From assembly GCA_963796105.1 (NCBI GenBank), contig CAWCKJ010000003.1:800001-864000 (forward strand): 64,000 bases of DNA, in the 5' to 3' direction. Below the pieces are notes generated by a model. It ran no database searches and was not told the origin of the DNA. It worked only from the letters and a program-made list of their open reading frames with translations. A program made the position numbers and the translations under genes. The DNA comes from a candidate division FCPU426 bacterium. GTDB taxonomy: Bacteria; Oederibacteriota; Muellerivitia; Muellerivitales; Muellerivitaceae. Shown one piece after another: positions 18,871-28,632 of the stretch (position 1 is its first letter; each line of letters starts with the position of its first letter).

Positions 18871-19887
18871 TTATCCCAGCAGTTCGTTCACTTTGGTCAT
18901 GACCTGGAAGGCGTCCGCCACGTAAACCACGTCCGCCTTGCCCTGGGCCCAGCCGCAATTGGGGTTCAGGTTGACCGCTCGGCGCTCATTGATGAACCGC
19001 CAACCCACCGCGTGTGGCTCTTCCCCATGACAACAGGTGGCCAGCCCCTTGAGGTGCCTGGGCGTGGAGCCTGTTTGGCCGATCTGGTTCAGGTGGCTCA
19101 TGAAGGAAAGCACCGTGCCCTCCCCCTTCTGGTCCACCAGGGATTTGCTCCCCCCCAGTGAGGCCCTGGTTTTACCCAGGAAAGCCAGGATGGTTTTCTC
19201 GGCCTCGGGAACCTTGGTCTGGCCGTCAGCCTGCTTCTTGCACCATCCGGCGCCCGCCACGAACAGCAATTCCGCGTCGGGATTAATGGTCTGGGTGCCT
19301 GAGGAGGGGGATTTCACGCCCGTCACCTTGGTTTTCGTTGAAGGAGCCGTAAATGCCACTTTCTCTGCGGCAAGGGTCCCGGAGCCTATATGGGCGGGAA
19401 AGGTGCCAGCATCCACGGTCAAGAACCAGGGTCTCTGGGTCCTTTTGATTTGGGCCGACATTCTTTGGCGGTAGTACCACCTTGTGACCAATGGCACGCC
19501 TCCATCCGCCGCCAACTCGGTAATATGGGTGTCCACTTTTCCGCCTAGACGCTGGGCCAGACCCGCGATGATCCGTTGGATCCTTGAGGAAGCCGGCGCC
19601 AAAACCAGGGCCGCACCGGAAGCCTTGACGAGCGCCTCGCAAGCCGCAGCGTCGGTGGCGTAACGGGGCTGTGATAAGGCGCCATCCTCAACTGCCAAGG
19701 CCTTTTCAAAGCCGGCGCCAGCAAGTTGCCCAGCCGCTCCCGAGGCCTTTTCTCCGAAAAATCCCGCGATCAGCTTCGCTCCGCCCAGGGCCGAAGCCAG
19801 GGTCTTGGCCGCCGATGCCGCTTCCAGCCCGGCTTTCCCGATTTTTCCGTCCGCCTCCACCGCCGTCAGCAAAAGGATCGTTTCCAT
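18871..19887 (-). CDS. etfA: Electron transfer flavoprotein alpha subunit
   Basis: QIGQTG, LGGSKSLVD, AVNLNP..ADVVYVADAFQV; position in the ETF operon. Confidence 0.88.
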   Translation of the reverse strand: METILLLTAVEADGKIGKAGLEAASAAKTLASALGGAKLIAGFFGEKASGAAGQLAGAGFEKALAVEDGALSQPRYATDAAACEALVKASGAALVLAPASSRIQRIIAGLAQRLGGKVDTHITELAADGGVPLVTRWYYRQRMSAQIKRTQRPWFLTVDAGTFPAHIGSGTLAAEKVAFTAPSTKTKVTGVKSPSSGTQTINPDAELLFVAGAGWCKKQADGQTKVPEAEKTILAFLGKTRASLGGSKSLVDQKGEGTVLSFMSHLNQIGQTGSTPRHLKGLATCCHGEEPHAVGWRFINERRAVNLNPNCGWAQGKADVVYVADAFQVMTKVNELLG

Positions 19888-20079
19888 GTTCAACCTCTCC
19901 AGGATTTAGAATTTAAAATTAGTAAAATCTTTTAAAAATTTTCGCCATAGATGCATGGGATTCATTGGATATTAAAAACTCAACTTCTTTTTCAGCCTAT
20001 CCCTTTCCATCCCATCAATCTTCTTAGACTTGCTTTGATTTTTCATTAGAATTTAAAATTCAAAATTTAGAATTTAAAA

Positions 20080-20889
20080 TTACTTTTTCCTGATCCACTC
20101 CACAATTTCCTTCGCGATTTGGTCCACCGGCATGTCCTTGATGACCTTCGTGTCCCTCTTTTGTTTTGGCAGGTTCACCGACTTGAACTCCAACCCCTCG
20201 CCGGGAAGTTTCACGGCCCTGGCCTTTTGCAGGGCTGGCATCAGGCTTTTCATGTTCGCCATCCCCAACTGGGGATTGTTCGGAGGCTCGGACAAATTCC
20301 CCGTGGCCCAACCCACCACCGCTGGAGGCCCAGCCAGGGTCGAAACTTGGTGTTTGCCTCCTTCCACCCGCTCCAGGATCTCAAGGGTCCCATCCGGTTG
20401 GACTTTCACTTGGTCCACGCCCTGAAACTGTTCGGTAATTCCCAATTTTTCCCCCAGGACCGCCAGGGTGGCTCCCGCCCCGCGGGACGCCGATTCCCAT
20501 CCCCCGAAAAGAAGAAGATGGGCCCTGTCTAAGCCCTGGATGGATTGCACCGCTTCCGCCAAAGCGGCCGAGCACTCGGCCGAGTCGGTGAATCCGCCCG
20601 CGGGCGCGTCCACCGGCACCAGTTCAAAGGGCGCCTTTTGCGCCAGGGCCATCATGGATTGCTGGAGCTTTCCTTTCGAAGCCGCGCTCACCAGCCATAC
20701 CTTGGAACCCGCGTTGGCCTTGGCCAGTGCCGCGGCCTCGTAAAGGGCGCTGGCAGCCCAGGGGTCCAGGATGGAGGGAAGCATGGCCTCGTTCTTCAAG
20801 GCCGGCCCCGTGGGACCGGTGATGGGCTCCAGAGTCTGGAGGGGGTCCGGCACCAGCCCTCCGCATACGGCGATATGGAATATTGACAT
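20080..20889 (-). CDS. etfB: Electron transfer flavoprotein beta subunit
   Basis: LVPDP, LDPWAASALYEA, ERVEGG; operon context. Confidence 0.85.
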   Translation of the reverse strand: MSIFHIAVCGGLVPDPLQTLEPITGPTGPALKNEAMLPSILDPWAASALYEAAALAKANAGSKVWLVSAASKGKLQQSMMALAQKAPFELVPVDAPAGGFTDSAECSAALAEAVQSIQGLDRAHLLLFGGWESASRGAGATLAVLGEKLGITEQFQGVDQVKVQPDGTLEILERVEGGKHQVSTLAGPPAVVGWATGNLSEPPNNPQLGMANMKSLMPALQKARAVKLPGEGLEFKSVNLPKQKRDTKVIKDMPVDQIAKEIVEWIRKK

Positions 20890-21195
20890 TTAATTCTCCT
20901 CGAAAAATTTTCAAGAGTGACAAACAAAGACCCACGGACAAGCTCGTGGTAACTTTTGATCCCCCTTCGCTAAGGCTTCGGGGGATTTATCCACCAATTT
21001 ACATGCAGAATCCACTGTAGCATGTTATCCGCATCCCTCCCCAGCCAAGGCAGGTGTTTTCCGCGATTGTGGATAAACTAAAACCAGTACAATTCTTATC
21101 AACAAGAGGATTGGATCATAAATCAGTTGTGGGTTTTCGCGCCTTAAAAAAAACGAGGGATTACGCTATAAAAGCCCAATTAATTAAAGCTTGGG

Positions 21196-23055
21196 TTAAT
21201 TTTCGGCTGAGTGGAGGCCGCCGGAGCCGGCCTTGAATTCCAGGTTGGTTTGTCCCGTGAGGGACTCGATGAGTTCCGCGCAGTTCCAGAGGCAGGCCCC
21301 GCAATGGACGCATTTCTCGCGGTCAAAATTGATCCCGCCGTCGTCCGCGATGGCCAAGGCTTGTCCTGAGCACATGTCGATGCAAAGCTTCCTCTCGCAG
21401 GCGACACAGCGGGCGGGCTTCAGCACCACCACGTGGTCGGAAAATCCCGGCACGGCCTGGACCTTTCCGCCCATCAGGAGAGCGTCCTGGTGGGACACGA
21501 GGAGTTTCCCGTCCATCTCCACCTGGGGCCATCCCACCTTGTCCATCAAGGCGTCGTGCAGGCTGGTCCCGGTTTCAGCGCATTTCTTCCGGATGTCCTC
21601 GATCTCCTGGGGCGTGATACGCCCTTTGTAATATTCCTCCAGCGTGGGAATCCGCTGATGGGGCGCCAGGGGCTTCCCGGGCCAGCCCAATAATCCGCAA
21701 GTCGCACCCGCGAGAGCCATCCCCGCCATTCCCTGCACAAACCCCTTTTGGAAGCCGTCCCTGGCCTTTTCCGCCATCAAGCCCTCGTGATGAACCCAGC
21801 TTTCCCTCCGGCGCTTGACATAGGTGTGTTCCAAGTCGGTCCTATTGAAGGGCTTATTATTCTTGAGAATCTCCAGCACCCCTTCCGCCAATTGCACTCC
21901 CGTGGCCCAGGCCTCATCCACGCCCGAGTTGGTCAGGACGTTCGTGGAACCGGACCCTTCCCCAATTCGCGCGAAACCATCGCCGACCAGATAGGGCTCC
22001 CCCCTCATGCCGGATTCCTGGAGGGATTTGGCGCCCCAAGACCTGAGGGTCGCTCCCTGTAAATGTTTCCACAAGGCCGGATGCCTCATCCAGTGCTGGA
22101 GGTATCGATAGGAAGTGCGGGCTGGGTTGTCAAACCAGGAAGGCACGAAGATTCCTGCGGCCGCAACGTTCCCCGGATAGACGTACAAGAAACCAAATAT
22201 CTCCGGTTCGGGATAGCCCAAGGAATGCAAGACCGTTCCCGGCTTCAGTTGGTTATCTGCTGGCAGGTCCACCACCACTTTCATTCCCAAGGCCCACTCG
22301 TGCGTGGAATGGCCTGGAGGCAATCCAAAATGGCGGTCGAGCTGGCGCCCGATGGGACCCACTGGGCCGTCCCCCACCACCGTCAAACCCGCCCTGATTT
22401 CCATGCCTGGGAGGAACCCTTCCCCGGGGTTTCCTTTCGCGTCCACGCCTTGATCCGCCAGCCTCACCCCCGCCATTCTTCCCTGCTCGATGATGGCCTC
22501 TGCCACGGGAGTTCCAGGCCAAACCTGGACAAGCCCCGAGGACATCAATTGGGAACCAACCCATTGGTTGAACTGGCCCAATGAGCAAATGAACCCATCC
22601 TTTTTGTGAAGGTAACGCGGGGTATAGGGCAGGGCGAAAGCCAGGTCGTGGGTGATGCCGGGAATTTTTTTTAATAGTGAGTCTGCGGCCCGGACCAACC
22701 CGGGCCTGCGGCTGGCCCCGATGGGGTCCATCAGATATAGAACCTTCTCCTGGGTGACGGGGGAAAAGAGGGGGATCTGGTTGAAATCCATTCCAGGGTA
22801 GGAAGCCTTGATGCTTCTTCCCCGGGTTACCACGCCCGAGACCCCGAATCCCAGGTCGTCGGATCTCTCATAGCAAAGCACTTGGAGGGGAGACCCGGGA
22901 CTAACCCGGCTTTCCGTGTATGGAGCCCCAGCCGCTTCCGAGAGGCCCTTGGAAAGCGCCGTCAGGAATCCGCCCGTGGCTGGGCCGAACCCCACGCAAA
23001 CGATGTCCGCCGTGAGGGTTTGACGCTCCAGGGAGTTTTGGGATAAGTCGTTCAA
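21196..23055 (-). CDS. ETF-quinone oxidoreductase (FixC-like with fused 4Fe-4S FixX-like domain)
   Basis: DIVCVGFGPA FAD motif; C-terminal CVAC..CIDMC and CVHCGACLWNC. Confidence 0.88.
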   Translation of the reverse strand: MNDLSQNSLERQTLTADIVCVGFGPATGGFLTALSKGLSEAAGAPYTESRVSPGSPLQVLCYERSDDLGFGVSGVVTRGRSIKASYPGMDFNQIPLFSPVTQEKVLYLMDPIGASRRPGLVRAADSLLKKIPGITHDLAFALPYTPRYLHKKDGFICSLGQFNQWVGSQLMSSGLVQVWPGTPVAEAIIEQGRMAGVRLADQGVDAKGNPGEGFLPGMEIRAGLTVVGDGPVGPIGRQLDRHFGLPPGHSTHEWALGMKVVVDLPADNQLKPGTVLHSLGYPEPEIFGFLYVYPGNVAAAGIFVPSWFDNPARTSYRYLQHWMRHPALWKHLQGATLRSWGAKSLQESGMRGEPYLVGDGFARIGEGSGSTNVLTNSGVDEAWATGVQLAEGVLEILKNNKPFNRTDLEHTYVKRRRESWVHHEGLMAEKARDGFQKGFVQGMAGMALAGATCGLLGWPGKPLAPHQRIPTLEEYYKGRITPQEIEDIRKKCAETGTSLHDALMDKVGWPQVEMDGKLLVSHQDALLMGGKVQAVPGFSDHVVVLKPARCVACERKLCIDMCSGQALAIADDGGINFDREKCVHCGACLWNCAELIESLTGQTNLEFKAGSGGLHSAEN

Positions 23056-23068
23056 GGATCAAACTCCC

Positions 23069-25309
23069 TTATTGGGGATAATCGAGCGCCTCTGGAATCA
23101 TGACCCTGGATAAATTCTCCGCGGCCCGGTCCTTTGCGAGGCGGCACCCGGTAAGGCAGGCGTCCAGCCTGGAGCGCATGCTGATGAAGGTCTCCAAATC
23201 GTCCAGCCTCACGCAAGGCCCCCTCTTCTCGGGATGGTGGTTGTCCTTATCCATCACGTCGGTGTAACCCAGCGCCCCTCCCTCGATGCCAGGCATGATC
23301 GACTCCAGGTCCTCGAGTTCCAGCTCGTTGAAGCAGGCCTTGCAGCCCTCCTCGGTCCAGCGGGGATGGACGTTGTATCCGAACACAAGTTCGGCGCATA
23401 TGCGGGAGGCTTCCCCGGACGCGCGGGCGGCCTGGACCTGGCAGAGGTCCTTGTAGAATGAAAGAATCCCCGGCATGGCTTCCGCCAAATTGGGATTGGC
23501 CGGTCCCTTGGCTTCCAGTTCCATGTAGTCCAGGATCTGTTGCCTGGCGGCTACCAGCCAGCAAAGGGCGTCAGCCATGGGGAAAGTGACTCCCTGCCGG
23601 TTGGATTGGAAAAGTTTGTGGCCCGTGTCGTCGGTGGCTTCCTGGAGGTGCTTCAGGGTCCAGAGCCATAGTTGGAAGGCGGTTCCCAGGGCGCAGGCGC
23701 CGGTCTCCGGATCGGTGGAGGCGATGGACTTGAGGTCCCTGATCCAATCCCGGAGCTGTTCCAGGAAAACCTCGTGGGTCATGGTCAGCGATAATTGGCG
23801 GCGCTGGACGGCCTCCGGCCCCTCGTAGGTGGCCTCCAATTGGGCGTCCATCCACTTGTGGCCCAGGAAACCAGGGCAATCCTCGGTGATGCCGTAGCCT
23901 CCCATCAGGCTGACAGCCTCCCGCAGGGCGTTGGCGCCCTGGCCCGTGTTCCATAGTTTGGTGGCGGGACAGAGAATATTTGCGACCGATTCCATCAGCG
24001 AGAATTTCACCAAGGGGTCTTTTCCCAAAGCCTCGAGCTTGGAGTTATCCCTTCTTTCCTCGGGAAGCCTGGACAACCTCAAATATTCCAAGGTTTGCTC
24101 GTCCACCTTGGCCATCTCCCTCATCTGGGCCCTGGTTCCCTTGACTCCGCGGGAAGCCAGGATTTTGTCCTTTTCCTTTTCCAGGGGGTCCAATTCGTCA
24201 TACAAACGGGCCGCGGCGAAGCCCATGGAGGCTCCCGCCTCCCCCATTCCCCAGACCTCGACGAGGCGGTGAAGGGCGTCCTGCTTGGTTTGGATTCCCA
24301 GCTCGTAACGGGGTGACCCTGGTGAAGCCGCTGTTCCGCCCCGGAACCTTTGGCGGTGGTATCGTATGACAGGCTCAATGGCGGATAGGAGCTTGGCGGC
24401 CGTCATGAGGCCCACGGTGACGCGGGTGCGCTTGAAAACCGCCTCGATCACTTCCCCATGGCTGTAATTGGGAATGATCACGCCGTCCTTTACGGTATAT
24501 CCCCCCACGATGCGGGAGGCGGGAACCTTGAGCTGGAAATTCGGATCACGGGTGGAGGAAAGCTGGTGGACCAGCTTCTTTGTCGGGGTACCCCGGTCGA
24601 ACACTCCGGGATCTCCCTCCTCGAGAATGATCATGCAGGAAGTTTTGATCCTCTTATCGTCTGTATCCACTGCGGCGGTCACGATACCGGCGTAGTCCAT
24701 ATTGGTGATGAAACGGCCCCGCTTGTCCACTTCCAGCAAGGGCTCCTTCCCCTCCTTCCATTCGGCCACCCGCAGTTTGCCGCATAAAATGCCGGTTTCA
24801 ACCCCCACGTAGGGAAGGGGCTCGGTCAGCGCAAAGGCGGCCCTTAAAGTTTTCCGGTCCTCGCCCGCTTTGGGAGGAGCGGCGCAGGCCATGTACTTGG
24901 CGATTTGCTCGGGAGTTCCGCACTCATGGATGGGGGCCAGTCCCAGGTTTCCGGCCAACGAGGCCGTGGCGGCCCCGCCGTCCACCCAGGCCAGCTCGAA
25001 AGCCACCAGGGCCATGGCCAGGTTCTTGGGGCCCTCGAATAGTCCTCCATGGACCGGGTCCAAGAAAGCGGCCGTGATACCGGACTCGTCATAAACCTTG
25101 AGTAGGGAATTTTTCTCATCCGTCCAATCGTGGCTGTTGCGGACCCCCTGGGCCACCAAGCGGGCCACGGGCCCCCGCGCCACCGAGCGAGCGGATTGAA
25201 CGAGAAGCTGGAAATCGAACCGGTCGCTGAAACGCCACTGGATCTGGCGTACTTCATCCCCCGGAAGGGTTTGAAGGAATGGAATAGCCGCGGTTTGAGT
25301 CTCACTCAT
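23069..25309 (-). CDS. Acyl-CoA dehydrogenase
   Basis: AFALTEP, KRGRFITN, LMGGYGITED, ATYEGPEAVQR. Confidence 0.9.
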   Translation of the reverse strand: MSETQTAAIPFLQTLPGDEVRQIQWRFSDRFDFQLLVQSARSVARGPVARLVAQGVRNSHDWTDEKNSLLKVYDESGITAAFLDPVHGGLFEGPKNLAMALVAFELAWVDGGAATASLAGNLGLAPIHECGTPEQIAKYMACAAPPKAGEDRKTLRAAFALTEPLPYVGVETGILCGKLRVAEWKEGKEPLLEVDKRGRFITNMDYAGIVTAAVDTDDKRIKTSCMIILEEGDPGVFDRGTPTKKLVHQLSSTRDPNFQLKVPASRIVGGYTVKDGVIIPNYSHGEVIEAVFKRTRVTVGLMTAAKLLSAIEPVIRYHRQRFRGGTAASPGSPRYELGIQTKQDALHRLVEVWGMGEAGASMGFAAARLYDELDPLEKEKDKILASRGVKGTRAQMREMAKVDEQTLEYLRLSRLPEERRDNSKLEALGKDPLVKFSLMESVANILCPATKLWNTGQGANALREAVSLMGGYGITEDCPGFLGHKWMDAQLEATYEGPEAVQRRQLSLTMTHEVFLEQLRDWIRDLKSIASTDPETGACALGTAFQLWLWTLKHLQEATDDTGHKLFQSNRQGVTFPMADALCWLVAARQQILDYMELEAKGPANPNLAEAMPGILSFYKDLCQVQAARASGEASRICAELVFGYNVHPRWTEEGCKACFNELELEDLESIMPGIEGGALGYTDVMDKDNHHPEKRGPCVRLDDLETFISMRSRLDACLTGCRLAKDRAAENLSRVMIPEALDYPQ

Positions 25310-25680
25310 GTTGGTCTCCCCCTGATATCGATCGAAAAAAATGGAAAAAACTGGCGGGCCCATCCTACTTGGAAAAGCCGGCGGCACCGGTCTTACGTAC
25401 TGGCTATCTTTGGAAGTCCGGCTGGAACTCCATAATATGAATATTGGGTCAAATTTCTATGATTTAAATCACCAGAAAACACACATAATTAAGGTTCCTG
25501 CCGCCCTTCTAGGCTTGGCACGAAACGTTTCCTCCAGGACTTTGATGGAAATTTTCAGGAAAGACTCAAATCAACCCAAATCAGTGGTTACCAATAACCA
25601 CCAAGATAACTTCGGAAGTCGTAATGGACTTGAAATTTAATCAGGAAAATCCGCGCACCTTGAAATTCCCCGAATTTCTC

Positions 25681-27519
25681 TTAAGGGCTCAATCGATCCG
25701 TCTGATTACTGAGAGGAGAAGCTGTTTGTTTTTTCGAAAACCAATAACCAGAATAATAGACCCGGGTTTGGCCCTCTTGGTCCACCGCGTGCAAGGTACC
25801 GCCGTCCCCGTAAAAAAGACCGGGAACGACCGCGTCCTCTTCCGACAAGGGAAGAATCGCGACTTTATAGGTCTCGTTATGGACGTCAAAAGCCTTGAAG
25901 GTGATCTTCATATCCACGGAAAGAAATCCATCCCTCTCCAGGAGGGTGATTTTATTGAACTGAATCGGGCCGTCGATCCCGCCCGGCCCCTCCCCCTGCT
26001 CGGGTTCCAACTCATAGTCCCCTTCCCGGGCTTTCCAGGTATCCGGGATCGGCGCTGGATGGATTTTTTCCAAGGGAACCGGGAAAGGCAACCCGCCGAT
26101 TACCGCGACTTCCTTGCCGGAAAGGGCGGAAAAAACCACGGGATATTGCGGGAAATCCATGTTGAAGAATAAAAGAAAATTCAGGTGAGGCACGAATGTA
26201 TCCTGCCCGACGGGAAGCAGGTCCAAATGGAGGTGGGCCATTTCCGCCGAGAGTTTATCGCCCTCTCGGGTGATCCGGGTGATTTGCCCGAAGGCCGAAT
26301 AGGGCCCTGAATAACGATCAAGCGTCTCGCTGGCCACCGGTACGCGCTTTGGCATGAGGATCTTTTGTTTTTCCAGGTCTTCTTTTATCCCATATTTGGC
26401 TTGAAGCATTTCCTTGATCGCTCTGGTGGATAGATCCTTGGCCATGTTTTGGAATTCCTCCGAGTTGGAAAGGACAATGACGGCCAGCTTCTGGCCCGGG
26501 AGCAGGACAAGCTGGGAATAATAAGGGGGATAAGCCCCGTCTTTCCAGGCCGTCTTTTCCGATCCCGGTATATCCCAATAACTTAAATTCCAACCCATTC
26601 CCACTTCAAATCCGAAATCCAACGGAAGATCCCCGTATTGCCGTTCGAACATTCTTTGAATATTCTTCGCGCCCCCAAAAATAGGCGCCTGTTCGGGATC
26701 GAAGAGGGATTGTACGAAACGAGCCAAGTCATCCGCCGAGGATACCAACCCCGCTGCCGGGATATCCCTCACGTGAAAGGCCGGTATTTCTTTTCCATTC
26801 CTGTAGCCTTGCGATAGCAAACTTTCTTTTTCAGGGTCATTCATGAAAAAAGAGGAAACCATGCCCAGGGGTTGAAACAGATCGTCTTGAATGGCCTTTG
26901 GAAAAGTTTTTTTGGTTCGGATTTCAACTAACCGTCCCAAGAGGGCGTAATCCGTATAGGAGTAGCGGTAAAAAGTCTGGGGAGGGGAATAAAGATAATC
27001 GTTCTTTATTTCCCCGGATAATTGCTCGAGGTTTTGCGGTTTGTCGCGCCATAATCCTTTGATGAAAAAACCTGGAAGGCCGGAATGGTTGGCCAGAAGA
27101 GATCTTACCGTGATGGGTTTTGTTATCCCAAACCGGTTATGGATGGAAAAACCCGGAAGGGATTTCCGGATCGGATCGTCCAGCCTGATTTTTCCCTTTT
27201 TGCAAAGTTTCAATATTTCCACCGCGGTGAAAACCTGGGAAATGCCGCCTATGGGATAAAGCGTGTCCCCAGAGGCCGATATTTTCTTCTTCACGTCCGC
27301 CCATCCGAACCCCTTTGCCCAGACAAGGTTTTTATCATCCACCAGGGCCAGGCTCAAACCCTTGACATGGGTCCTCTCCATTTCCCGCTGGATAAATAGG
27401 GTCAGGTCCTTTTTAACCGGCTCATAATCAACTTGGGTCTCGGGGGTTTTGGAATAAACATGAAACGGGGTGGAAAATAGCAAGACAAGAGCGGCAATCC
27501 CCAGGGACCGTTGCCACAT
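25681..27519 (-). CDS. Serine hydrolase / class C beta-lactamase-fold exported protein with degenerate catalytic motifs
   Basis: GLSLALV..WAKGFG..ITVRSLLANHSGL..PAAGLVSSADDLARF; GISQ replaces SxxK and YSY replaces YxN. Confidence 0.8.
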   Translation of the reverse strand: MWQRSLGIAALVLLFSTPFHVYSKTPETQVDYEPVKKDLTLFIQREMERTHVKGLSLALVDDKNLVWAKGFGWADVKKKISASGDTLYPIGGISQVFTAVEILKLCKKGKIRLDDPIRKSLPGFSIHNRFGITKPITVRSLLANHSGLPGFFIKGLWRDKPQNLEQLSGEIKNDYLYSPPQTFYRYSYTDYALLGRLVEIRTKKTFPKAIQDDLFQPLGMVSSFFMNDPEKESLLSQGYRNGKEIPAFHVRDIPAAGLVSSADDLARFVQSLFDPEQAPIFGGAKNIQRMFERQYGDLPLDFGFEVGMGWNLSYWDIPGSEKTAWKDGAYPPYYSQLVLLPGQKLAVIVLSNSEEFQNMAKDLSTRAIKEMLQAKYGIKEDLEKQKILMPKRVPVASETLDRYSGPYSAFGQITRITREGDKLSAEMAHLHLDLLPVGQDTFVPHLNFLLFFNMDFPQYPVVFSALSGKEVAVIGGLPFPVPLEKIHPAPIPDTWKAREGDYELEPEQGEGPGGIDGPIQFNKITLLERDGFLSVDMKITFKAFDVHNETYKVAILPLSEEDAVVPGLFYGDGGTLHAVDQEGQTRVYYSGYWFSKKQTASPLSNQTDRLSP

Positions 27520-27913
27520 CCACTCCCCAGGAAGACTCAAGCATTCAAAGACTTTTTTCGGATTCTTGTTCCGCTGATGCCAGGCGAAATTACTCAAATT
27601 GGGATTCCCTCTCCAGCGATATTTAACAGCTAAAGTAAACTTCAGGACAAAGCCCTTTAAAGTTATTTCGTATTGTATTAGGTTAGTCATTCAGAACATA
27701 CTTTCAAATTCCACCGCGTGTCCTATTGTCGAAAAGGCTTTCGGAATTTTTACTGCAGAATTCGTTATTTTGCCCTTAACAAAATTAAATCATTTCTGTT
27801 ATTCTTATGCCCCGCGTTTTTCGGTTCATGCCGAAACCACGAACAGCTTTGCAGGGTTTGAAATAACCAGACGCAAAAACTTTTAATGTCGAAATTATTT
27901 TTGGAGGATTGAA

Positions 27914-28549
27914 GTGGAACGAGTATGCATTTTCATAGATGGAAGCGGGTTTTATTTCGCCTTGAAACGAAATAACCGCCTTTCCCGGCTGGATTATTAT
28001 GAGCTTTCCAAAGCGCTAGTCGGCCCGGATCGAAACCTGATCCGTACCTATTATTACAATTCCGCCCACGATTCCGTATTGTCCCCCGATCAATGGAAAA
28101 TCCAGCAGCCCTTTTGGGAATCCCTTCTCAGGACCCCATATTTAGACCTGCGTTTGGGGCGGTTGGTGCCGACCCATGAGGGCGGATTCAAGGAAAAGGG
28201 CGTCAACGTCCGGTTGGTGTCGGACCTTTTGTACTACGGGGCCAGGAACCTTTTTGACACGGCCATCATTATTACCGAGGATGTGGATTTCGCTCAATCC
28301 TTGAACCAATTGAAGGAATTAGGAAGGCACGTGGAAGTCTGCCTTTTCCCGGATATCCAGCCCAGGGAATTGATCCAGTCTGCGGACACGATCATCCCCT
28401 TGGAGGACGTGTTATCGATGTATAACGCGAAAATCTTCCCGGTTGTCGTGGAGGACAACGTGGGAAACCGGACCGAGGATTCCCATTCAACGAGAAAGCG
28501 GGAAGCGAAACCGGGCCTCCCGAACAACCTCAAGGATAAATTCAAATAA
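27914..28549 (+). CDS. NYN/LabA-domain protein
   Basis: IFIDGSG, RTYYY, EKGVNV..D, TEDVDF..LKELGRHV; GGAGG RBS. Confidence 0.85.
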   Translation: MERVCIFIDGSGFYFALKRNNRLSRLDYYELSKALVGPDRNLIRTYYYNSAHDSVLSPDQWKIQQPFWESLLRTPYLDLRLGRLVPTHEGGFKEKGVNVRLVSDLLYYGARNLFDTAIIITEDVDFAQSLNQLKELGRHVEVCLFPDIQPRELIQSADTIIPLEDVLSMYNAKIFPVVVEDNVGNRTEDSHSTRKREAKPGLPNNLKDKFK

Positions 28550-28632
28550 TCCTGTTTCGGTTATTCGCCAACAGGGGCCTGTTTAAACAATAATCCTCAC
28601 AAAATCCATTCCCGTTCACCGGGATAAGGTTT

